NCBI GenBank assembly: GCA_010405405.1
Contig: MU004231.1
Location: 3,032,401-3,096,400 of the forward strand
DNA length: 64,000 bases
Reading direction: 5' to 3'
Source: Microthyrium microscopicum
Lineage: Eukaryota
Below, piece after piece: positions 54,326-64,000 of the stretch (the first letter of the stretch is position 1; each line of letters starts with the position of its first letter). The translations under genes were made by a program, and so were the position numbers. The notes under the pieces were generated by a model that was not told where the DNA came from, did no database searches, and was given only the letters and a program-made list of their open reading frames with translations.

Positions 54326-55166
54326 AAAGCTGAAGTCCGCCAACGTATAGACAGTTTCTTGAAAGGCACTATGTTGACATCATCCAGTTCGACGTCGGCT
54401 GAAGAAGAATCGACGGACGAATCGAGCGACAAAGTGTCTTAAAGCAATGCGATTGATTGTTAATCCATCCAAGGTTTCGAGTGATGAAGAGACTGATGAG
54501 CAATGTATGAAGCCGATGGAGTCTGGTCGTTACCATTGCGTGATCATGGTGGCTGGTCTGTTTATGATTAATACCCTTCAATGCTACTACGCTATTGTAT
54601 TTGTAACTACTGGAGGCAATTCTTGATATTGAATATTTACTAGACTCCAGAAATATTCTACAACGCCCTCGCTGCCATTATTATTTTCATACTGGCTTCC
54701 TCAGTTGGGCAACCCATTTAAGCAAGCAATGGCTCACGATCACCTTCAACCTGTTGAGCTTGCCATTACGGGATCTATTACCTCAAAGAGTATTGAACTT
54801 GACGAGAGATACGATCCGGTGCGTAGGCCGCAGCTGACGATTAACTCAAACAGATCTTGAATTGCGAAGCTCAATCTTTGAGTCGAGTTTGAGTGGAATT
54901 GGAGCCTGATGGTAGAGTTGTACAAGGCTGGACTAGCCCGAATAAGCCTAGCGCCATCTAGCTTCCTTCACGATCCTCTCCACCATCACAACTTGGAGGT
55001 CCACATGCTACTCAGATCACACGACCCCAACAGTCCTAAAGCCTATCTCAGCTGTCCTCCGCTTCTATTATTCCTCTCGAACGTGTCTTGGATGTCATGC
55101 TTGTAGACCGCGCGCCACACACCCAACAATCTCAACACCAAAAGTGCAATCGCCGCATGCGGTAAC

Positions 55167-56531
55167 ATGTCTCGACCTAAACAAGGCCAATCCAGCTATG
55201 ACGGTTCACAACCACGAAACCACAATGCAAGCCCTATGGGTCACTCCACCAGCTACTTCACTCACCACTACGAGACCACGCCCTCTCGAATCCCTCGTCC
55301 ATCCTCCAAAACATCACCCACATCTGTCGCAACACCTACATCCCGCCGTATCTCCAGCGGCGGTAGCTCGACGAATATCCTAGGCAAACGCGCCCGTCCT
55401 ATATCACCGCCGGCCGATATGTACAACCTCTCTCCCTTCCCACCTCACACACCCAGCTTTGCGACGCCCGCTGGCTGGTCACACGTCACTGCTGCACACA
55501 TCGCGGCCAGTCCGCCGCCTATGGTTAACACGCGATATACACTGGCTGGCGGCATGGATACACCGAGCCTTGCGGCGCAACAACGGTACGATGTGGCTGG
55601 GCTAGATTTCGTAGGCGATGGACGACCGAGTCGCGAATGGCAACTTGATCGCGCCAACCGCAGCTTTGAAAACGGTAATACAGGCATGATCCGCGGCGAC
55701 CGCAATGGTCGCGCACGAGATACAGATGGCGACGATGAGATGGCAGACTCGACTGCACCCGCACCACCGACGCAGAATACATGGGGTAAATTTGTGCTGA
55801 GCACACTTGGTGGAGTGGTCGCAGGCGCATGGGCGCTATGTCGGAAATCCGCATTCCAAGGCTTCTATGCGGGCGGCGGACGAGGCTATGAGCTAGCAGC
55901 CGACGATGGGTTTGCGAGCGAAAGTATGTGGGAGGACGAAATGCAGGATAGCAAACATATGGCGGGTAGTTTGGCGAGCTTTGATCGTAGCTTTGATCGC
56001 TTACCGACGCCTGTGCCGGGCGAATATCCCGATTCGCCGCCTGAGTATGAACCTGAGTATTCGCGTAGGCCGGCTAAGAGACGGCAGACGGATGGCGGCG
56101 GGTGGATTGTGGTTGATAAGAAAGATGCAAGATCACGAACGAGTAGTCCGCACCTCAGTACGCCGAATCGAGTGGCATCGCATAGCAAGACGCGTTCAGT
56201 ATCAAATAAGCGGCCGCCGCTGGGCTCGCAGCATCGACATCGGTTATCTGGAGTATCCTTTGCGGGCTCGCCGGGGCAGGTGCAGCAGCATGCGCGAGTA
56301 ACATCATATGGGATGCCAGCGTCTGGAGTGCCGACGTCGCCGACTGCTGGGACGGGGCAGCAGATGAGTCCGCCGTCGATAGAGGCGAAGCGGTTCGCGG
56401 CGCGCAAGAAGAAGGAGGATCGGGTGATTGAGGAAAAGTACGACCAGTATAATGACAAGTTGAAGGAGCTTATAAGGCAGGGCAAGGAGGCGCTGGGAAG
56501 TAAGGTTGAGATTGTAGAGGAGGATTGGTAG
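55167..56531 (+). CDS. Conserved-looking hypothetical fungal protein (454 aa)
   Basis: Long ORF with SPPPMVNTRYTLAGGMDTP, GAWALCRKSAFQGFYAGGGRGY and a coiled-coil end LKELIRQGKEALGSKVEI. Function not recognised. Confidence 0.8.
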   Translation: MSRPKQGQSSYDGSQPRNHNASPMGHSTSYFTHHYETTPSRIPRPSSKTSPTSVATPTSRRISSGGSSTNILGKRARPISPPADMYNLSPFPPHTPSFATPAGWSHVTAAHIAASPPPMVNTRYTLAGGMDTPSLAAQQRYDVAGLDFVGDGRPSREWQLDRANRSFENGNTGMIRGDRNGRARDTDGDDEMADSTAPAPPTQNTWGKFVLSTLGGVVAGAWALCRKSAFQGFYAGGGRGYELAADDGFASESMWEDEMQDSKHMAGSLASFDRSFDRLPTPVPGEYPDSPPEYEPEYSRRPAKRRQTDGGGWIVVDKKDARSRTSSPHLSTPNRVASHSKTRSVSNKRPPLGSQHRHRLSGVSFAGSPGQVQQHARVTSYGMPASGVPTSPTAGTGQQMSPPSIEAKRFAARKKKEDRVIEEKYDQYNDKLKELIRQGKEALGSKVEIVEEDW

Positions 56532-56946
56532 CATCCTTTCTGGGGATTGATGTTTATGGCTACGCCAATGAAGGGAAATCTAATGATCTGAGATTATTAT
56601 CACATTTCTACAACGCTGTTCTGCTTACAGTGCATGAGGCTGAAGGTTGCAAATAAATGTTCTGCTCAATAGTGGTATAGCACACTCTTTTCTACTCTAA
56701 CCTTGGAAGAGACTAGATGGCGCGAGGCCTTGTTATCTTTGCGAGCTTACTATGTTTGACTTTTGTAATTTCGTGAAAACAAACATGTTTGTGTGTGCCA
56801 GGCTCATATGCACGCAATCAATGAGGCTCTGGGATATTGGTCTGAGCTCGCCGAGATAAACCCCAGGTTGATTGCTCCATTCGACTCGACTTTTCTGCCG
56901 ACGAAACATCTCTCCATCTGCCAAATTTTGTCAAGATCCATTCAAG

Positions 56947-57982
56947 ATGGACAGTTACGTCTCCAAGCCACTGGCACAGCTCCTAGCCGGAGTCGGATTG
57001 CTCTATCTTTCCGCCAAAGTCTTCAGCTATCTACGCCTACTTGCCAGCTTGTTTCTACTTCCAGGAGCATCTGTTCGTCAACCCCATTGGCACCACTTCT
57101 CAATCAAACACTAACCTCCAACAGCTATCCAAATTCGGACCCAAAGGCTCTTGGGCCGTCGTCACCGGCGCCTCAGATGGCATCGGCAAAGAATTCGCCC
57201 TCCAGCTCGCCCGCAAAGGCTACAACCTCGTCCTCGTCTCCCGCACTCAATCAAAACTCGAGTCCCTCGCAACCGAAATCAAATCCGCCAATCCCAAAGT
57301 CGAGACCAAGGTTCTCGCCATGGACTACTCCGCCAACCGCGATTCCGACTACGAAGCCCTCAAGGCTCTCACCAGCGATCTCGACATATCGATTCTAATC
57401 AACAACGTCGGCCAATCCCACTCCATCCCCGTCCCCTTCCTCGAAACCGACCCCTCCGAAATGAACGCCATCATAACCATAAACGTAACCGGCACGCTCC
57501 GCACCACCGCTCTCATCGCGCCAGGCATGGTATCCCGCAAACGCGGCCTCATCCTCTCCATGGCCTCCTTCGGCGGCGTCTTCCCCACGCCCTTACTCGC
57601 CACCTACTCCGGCTCCAAAGCCTTCCTCCAACACTGGGGCACCGCGCTCGGCGCAGAACTCGCACCCTCCAACGTCACCGTCCAAGTCGTGCAAAGCCAC
57701 CTAGTAGCCAGCGCAATGAGCAAGATTAGACGGTCCAGCGCAATGGTGCCAACACCAAAAGCGTTTGTGCGCACAACATTGGGCAAGATTGGTAGGAGTG
57801 GAGGCAGTCAGGGCATTGCGTATACTATGACGCCGTGGTGGAGTCATGCGCTGATGCAGTGGGTGGTGGGGACGTTTGTGGGGACGATGGGATATTTGAC
57901 ACTGGGACAGAATAAGACTATGCATGAGAGTATTCGGAAGAGGGCGCTGGCGAAGGCGGCGAGGGAGGCGAAGAAGCAGTAG
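56947..57982 (+). CDS. IFA38: Very-long-chain 3-oxoacyl-CoA reductase (SDR)
   Basis: N-terminal TM exon from ATG 56947, intron ~57073-57124. [22 protein letters not shown], catalytic YSGSK and SAMSKIRR. Confidence 0.93.
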
Positions 57983-60351
57983 ATGAGTTGTTGGGTTTGT
58001 TGGTAGGGATGGCGCTTTAAGCGCGGTGGTATCTATATTGTATTATACTGAATTGCATCATTGTACAACAAGAAATTATGTTGGTTGGTTGTTGGGAGGC
58101 TATGGTCAAACTGGTGTCAAAATCAGGGCCTTTACGTTCAGCGAGCTGCGTTTATGAATCGAAGAACTCTATGCATACTAGTACTAAGCAAGTTTGATAT
58201 ATCTGTCCAAGACGATTGCCCTTTTCCCTACTAGCACATATTATGGCCCCGTCTGAAATCATCATCTCAGGACCCGACTTGTGTTTCAGATTTTTATGCC
58301 TCCTCTCAAAGAGTAGTTAGTTTGCACATGCATGAGCACGGTGGGAACATCGAGCCGCCCGTCTACCAGAACCTTATTCGAGTCTCAGCCTTTCCCCAGT
58401 TTCAGGATTTACGTGGAAGTCATCCACGCAACCAAATCCACCACACACCTTCAGACCTATTTGCTGAATAGCATGCACTTTGCAGGAGACATTGATAGAC
58501 TTCCATTGTTGTTATCAATTTGCGATCGGCAAAAGCTATCCATGCCAGGTACAGTAGTAGTATCAACTGTTCAAGGCTTGGTTGCTGTTTGAACTTTGCG
58601 CAGTTGGTTTTCAGAAAACAGGTCCTTCAAGGCCATCATACTCTACTTGCGCCAAAACAGGTCAGATCTAGTTCAATGCAGCTGATGGACAAGAACAAAG
58701 CAAGATGAAGTAGTTGCATTGTCCAACATAGCACAACATATACCGCAGGTCGATTTGACTACGAAATTCAACGAGACGATGTACTGTACCAACCAACAAC
58801 CAACACTTTTAGACTGATAACGAACGCTGCGGTGCTTCACGCACAGTGATATTAAAGCGTCTGGTTTGATACTCTTGCATAAACAGATAGTTGATGTTGG
58901 TAAGGCGCGGGTATCAGGGTAATGAATTATGGCAGTCGGCAGTATCACCGTCTCGAGATCGAGTCTACACGTAGGTGATCTGCAGAAATCAGCAGACGTA
59001 GCGACAGTCAACAACCACGTCAAAGTAACAAAATACGAAGAGCAGCAATGCGGATGATGGCATGCTTTAAGTGTGAAAATGCCTGGAACCTTTTCATGTT
59101 TCACAATCATCGTCGCCTGTCTCTGGACGCTTCCTCATTCGAAGCTGAGGATTCAGGGAAGACAAATTCGCGCCGGCCTCCAGGAAGGTCAGCGCTTGCT
59201 CGCGATAAAGAGGCTATCAAGCCATCTTCGCTCTGTTGAGCATCTCTGATTGGGCAGTTGGTATAGACAGCAGGGGTGTTGTAAGCTGCAGACTGCTGCT
59301 TAACCTTGCAGATTGCCGGTCGTCTTTCTGGGTCTGCTTTCTATTTTCTCCTCTTCTTCTTCATCATGGCCCTGCCCGACAAGCGCATTCAAGCCTCCTT
59401 CAACGAGAATGCCTTGACACTGATTGGTCTTGACTACCGTACCTTGTTGCTATCCTGTACCTACAGCCCCATTTGAGGAAGTATCCCTGCACATCTGTCG
59501 ACTGCAAACGATGGTTTGGCGGTTATTATATGGTTCTCTTACACTCGTTGACGGCTTGGAACTGCTTTGACAAGGCTGATATTTGCCACTGAAATTGAGA
59601 ATTTATGCTTCAATCTACCAACTCAACTTAAAATCGGGCTGAGAAGATCATTTGGAGTGTAATCTCCACACGCGCTGATCGTGTTGGTTCCTCAGCGTCA
59701 ATGTCGTGCGGCCGAAGATGGGTCACAAAGTCAATATTACCCTCATACAACTTGGAGGCTGGGTAATCGTATGTTGGCCACTTACTCTAGTGATTATAGA
59801 CGCGATTTGACGACCTACAAGGTCCCATTTTGTGCGGCACAGAAATTGGCGATCCTCCAAGGCTTTTCCCCAAGGGTTGTACAACACCATGAAAGAGATT
59901 AAGCGCTCGACTGGGCTACAGTCAGTACATACACATGGTGTATCGCCCAACCTAGTCTCTCTTATGCCTTGCAATGCCCACCTGCTGTTGTTTCATAATT
60001 TGTTGTCTGCCTTTTCCAACAGTGCTCTGGACACGACTCTTTACCCAGACCAACATAGTCTGATCCGCGACCTCATTGTAGGCCGTTTCTTTTGTTAGAT
60101 ATTCTAAATCTGTTTCAAAGGATTTAAGTATCTGCCATTCCTCTTTGGATATTTTCAAGAAAACGCTCTTGTTTCAAGTTTTTCAACTGAAATCCATACG
60201 TCTCAAGTTTTTTCATCATTCCTACACGCACCGGTCAATTCTTATATAACAACAACCATTCGCAACCACTCGCCCTTTATCCAACGAAGGTCACTGCGTC
60301 CTACAAATCGAGTCACACGCTCCATAATCTCATTTGATACATATTCTTACA

Positions 60352-60939
60352 ATGGCATCCTCTCGCTCATCACCACTACTGGACAGCTCATCACGAGCTG
60401 GCCTCCCAACATCACCTAGTCCTCGTCTACAACAAGGAACTCTTGCCGTAGTCCAGGAAACACCCTATAACCAGCAGCTCCTTCAACGGATGAGGGAAGC
60501 CTATGAAGTACAAAACGAACATAATACTCCTCGCCTCCAAAAACCATCAAAGCAAAGATCACATTCCCATCAACGGTCTCATTCTCATCAAACATCACAT
60601 TCCCACTGCCATCATTGCTGCTGCCACTGTCAACACGACGGATGCTCTCACAGCGAGTCAACATCACCGACCAACAGACTACCCCAGCCGCTCCCAGACG
60701 CATCTTCACGGCCAAACTCCGAGGGTAGCAACAGTGGTATCTTACAACGATTCAAAGATGGTCTCAGCAACAAGTTCACTCGGTCGAAGAGGGCAAGCTC
60801 GACTCCCGCTATGGACCGCTCTTACTCCAGCGAACAATCTCGAGGCACCTCGATACAGGCGCGACGGCGAGATAATGCACCTAAGAGATATGCCAAACAA
60901 CAGGAGCTAGTCATAGATCATTGGGACGATGAATATTAG
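60352..60939 (+). CDS. Orphan protein with His/Cys-rich tract
   Basis: 195-codon ORF from ATG 60352 (ACAATGG context), TATATAA at ~60243 and a T-rich 3' region. Contains SHSHQRSHSHQTSHSHCHHCCCHCQHDGCSH. Confidence 0.6.
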   Translation: MASSRSSPLLDSSSRAGLPTSPSPRLQQGTLAVVQETPYNQQLLQRMREAYEVQNEHNTPRLQKPSKQRSHSHQRSHSHQTSHSHCHHCCCHCQHDGCSHSESTSPTNRLPQPLPDASSRPNSEGSNSGILQRFKDGLSNKFTRSKRASSTPAMDRSYSSEQSRGTSIQARRRDNAPKRYAKQQELVIDHWDDEY

Positions 60940-61941
60940 TTCTTCGAGTCTGATCTCTTCCTTTTACGACACCATCTTCATCCCTACCTCACGATGATAC
61001 GAATTCATGACGCATCATGAGAGCACTCTTTTACCATTCATGGCGTTCACGGCTTTATTCCTTTTGGCTTTGATGCCAATGCTTACAGCATCTTCTCTTC
61101 TTTTATTGTGTAATGACTGTCTTTCTGCTTGTCATTTGCAGTCTTTTTACATCTTTTATCTACCGTTAATTAATGTATGACCTTTCTTTACGAACATTAG
61201 ACGGATTGGGAGTCAGGATGGAACTACAGGAACAAAACCGATAGGCACTAAAACGATGCATAGCCTAGCATACCAACCTTATCTAAATCAAATCAAACTG
61301 ATAATCGTTCTCATTCTTAAAATGATGCTTCCCGTTTCTAGCACTTTTAACCAAGCATTTTTCGAAGCCAAGTGCTCAAGCCAAAGCTAGCACTAAGTGT
61401 TCAGCCTTGGCTTCAGCCTTGTCAGCAACTTGGCGCCAAACCTCGCCCTCTCTTTCTAGCCGCGCTACGTCATCACGAGATTGTGCCTCTCTACTTGCTA
61501 CCAACCATCGCGCCCTCTCACCGCTGCACTCAAACGACATCCAGTAGTATTTCGAAGAGGGTCGTGTTATTTGCTCCCCTCCTTCACAAGGTCCAGAATA
61601 TCTGGTAAGATGTAAGCTCTAAATCCCAAACTGGCCGCAACTGCGCCACAGATCGCCCAGTAGCATCCAGAGACATTTTGATGTCATGCGACATGTATTG
61701 CGGTCTCTGCCTGCTAACTATTAAATACTTTGGTAGCACCTGCATGCTCGACCTGTCTGGTTTGTCTTACACCTGCCTCATCGCTTTGCACGTTCTTGTT
61801 ATTGTCTTCTCTTTCGACTTGAAGTGAATCATACATCCATTCTTATCTACTCTCACATGCTCACCTAAAACCTATCCCTTTCTCTCTCTTGAAATAACTT
61901 ACCACCTGCAACAATCAAGATCCCCATAGAAACCTCTCATC

Positions 61942-63222
61942 ATGTCAAACACAAGTAGCGCAGTCTTGAATCCGATGGGGTCCTACGGGAAAGCCCGCCA
62001 GGTCATGGAAGAAACCTCCCTCGAAAACTCCATCAGACGCGCCGGCTCATTCCCCGAAGTCGAGGCTGAAATGCCCATTCTTCGGTCTCGAAGACGCGGG
62101 AGTATCATCGACAAGATCTCGTCTCTTCTGGGTGAACGGAATCCATGGCAAAAGCCCATTAATCCGCGCGAACATACCATCTGGCTGTTCGACAACACAG
62201 CCTACAGAGCGCCCGGCGCGACATCCAGCAAGAACGAATGGCAGGCAGAAGTCGTCGCTGCATACTTTGTTAAAGAGAGCGGCGAAGATAGCTCAGAGGC
62301 CGTCGCGAAGATTAGTGAACTGATCGGGTTGGCACCAGACGATGCAAGCCGCAAGAAGGTCGCGCTGCGCTTACAGCCATTCCTGGATTGCGTGTTGCCA
62401 GCACACACGGCGCAGTTGGAGATTGATAATCAGACATTCAAACTTGGTCCCAGCTCATCTGAAGGCATCACCACAGATATCATCAAATTCAACTCCAAGG
62501 CAAAAGCTGGATCAGCAATCGCTCCACAGCTCGTCGGCATGGCACCACAAGTACCGATGGCCACCTACTTTGCCGAGCCAGAAGGCTGGGCTGTCATTTC
62601 GGATGTGGATGATACGATAAAGAAGACGATGACATCTTCGGCGCTGGGCGTGCTTCAGTCGACCTTTGTTGACGATCCAGAACCGATTGCCGGCATGCCA
62701 GAGCTGTACCAGCATATACAGAAGAGTTTCAAGAATCCGCCATTTTGGTACCTCACTGCGAGTCCTTACAACCTATACACGTTCATCCGCGAGTTCAAGG
62801 CCACGTTCAAGTTTCCTCCCGGTCAATTGATTCTACGAGATGCGTCATGGATGTCACTAGCCGGTCTACTAGCGTCAGTCACGCAGGGAACACAAGCATA
62901 CAAAGTTGATCGCATGAAGAAGATACATTCGTGGTTTCCGAAACGCAAGTTCATCTGTATCGGCGACAGCACGCAATCGGACCCTGAGGCATATGGAGAG
63001 ATGTATCGAGCGAATCCTGAATGGGTTAAAGCAATCTTCATCCGCAAAGTCACTGGTGTCGATGTACCGGGCTCGTTTGATGAGGATGAGAAGAATCTGC
63101 CTGCACGATTCGAGAAGGCGTTCAAAGATGTGCCAGCAGAGATATGGTATGTGTTTGAGGATCCGAAGGAAGTGTATGGGAAGTTGGAGGAGCTGAATAA
63201 TTCGAGTTGGAAGCTTTGGTAA
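61942..63222 (+). CDS. App1-family phosphatidate phosphatase (DUF2183, HAD-like)
   Basis: WAVISDVDDTIK (DxDxT), PIAGMPELY, FWYLTASPYNLY, FPPG and FICIGDSTQSDPEAYG. Single exon. Confidence 0.9.
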   Translation: MSNTSSAVLNPMGSYGKARQVMEETSLENSIRRAGSFPEVEAEMPILRSRRRGSIIDKISSLLGERNPWQKPINPREHTIWLFDNTAYRAPGATSSKNEWQAEVVAAYFVKESGEDSSEAVAKISELIGLAPDDASRKKVALRLQPFLDCVLPAHTAQLEIDNQTFKLGPSSSEGITTDIIKFNSKAKAGSAIAPQLVGMAPQVPMATYFAEPEGWAVISDVDDTIKKTMTSSALGVLQSTFVDDPEPIAGMPELYQHIQKSFKNPPFWYLTASPYNLYTFIREFKATFKFPPGQLILRDASWMSLAGLLASVTQGTQAYKVDRMKKIHSWFPKRKFICIGDSTQSDPEAYGEMYRANPEWVKAIFIRKVTGVDVPGSFDEDEKNLPARFEKAFKDVPAEIWYVFEDPKEVYGKLEELNNSSWKLW

Positions 63223-63772
63223 ACGTTAACGCAGGCATGAATTTGGAGTCTAGGCAGCAACAAATGGCAGGAGATTGGCTCGATTCCTTTACCTGGTGGT
63301 CGGAATTGTATGGTTCATGATGGCGGGCAATTCATTCATCGATGTCCTAGAAATTAATATCAAATAGTTCCTTACTGGGGATACTTGTACAGTGCTTAAA
63401 TGAAAGCCCACAGTCAATAGATCAGGGTTCAAAGTTTAAATGAAGAATATCCTACCCCAGTAACTCACTTGGATGTTTCTTGGGCCATGGCTGAATCAAC
63501 ATAGAGTTTTCCCAACTCCGCATCCCCGATTCTGTCTTGGCTTCAAATGACGAATCGCATGCTGTGTGAAAGTGATATTGATATTTACTTGACACATGTA
63601 AACATGAACCGATGCATTATCATTCTGGTTTTAGATATGCTGAGCCTGATCAACCATATCACTCTCCTCGCAGCTCTCATACAGTTTAGATAGGTTGCCA
63701 GCAAACATTACAACGCTATCTTGTCGGGCATTGTATTTGACATAACCCCGAGATAGACTGGGTCTTGCCTTC

Positions 63773-64000
63773 TCAAAATGCTTCCAATTCAGGAAATGCC
63801 ACCCTAATCAAGCTCGCAAGAACGATCAGGTACATAAGCGTTCTCACCACAAGAGGCATGCACAGTGCTCTAAAGGTCCCGAAAGACATCAGTAGACCCA
63901 ACCAAGTCCCAACAAAGAGACAGACACCCAGAATGATGCCCTTGTAATTCTCGTCCCAGGCCTGCACGGCATGCCAGTTGCGTCTCAGTGATAGTACGCC
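63773..64000 (-). CDS. 3' end of a probable membrane protein, truncated by the window edge
   Basis: Frame is open from 64000 to the stop at 63773 and has two hydrophobic segments. No family recognised. Confidence 0.4.
   Translation of the reverse strand, partial: GVLSLRRNWHAVQAWDENYKGIILGVCLFVGTWLGLLMSFGTFRALCMPLVVRTLMYLIVLASLIRVAFPELEAF

Overview
Eukaryotic, intron-rich DNA from a filamentous ascomycete (Pezizomycotina; GT-AG introns mostly ~50 nt with CTRAC branch sites). Two gene-dense arms flank a ~15.4 kb AT-rich block (27502-42869) with a strong RIP signature. Left arm: a secreted protein with copper-monooxygenase-like His/Met motifs, two convergent MFS transporters, a GH114 hydrolase, GDP-mannose transporter, Rtf2, a PAQR/IZH protein, a PCI-like protein, Aim21 and Tvp18. 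Right arm: Ntf2 (absent from the ORF track), a hypothetical protein, Pgi1, Ypk1, Ada2, a second hypothetical protein, Ifa38, a His/Cys-rich orphan, an App1-family phosphatase and a truncated membrane-protein 3' end. The AT block resolves into two complete, RIP-inactivated DNA transposons 42 bp apart. One is a 12.0 kb CMC/CACTA-like element with CATTAG termini, a TG target-site duplication, subterminal repeats, a degenerate transposase and extra degenerate ORFs. The other is a 3.3 kb pogo/Fot1-type element with 69-bp TIRs and a TA duplication. I recognised no tRNA, rRNA or CRISPR array. All family assignments come from reading motifs by eye, not from database searches.
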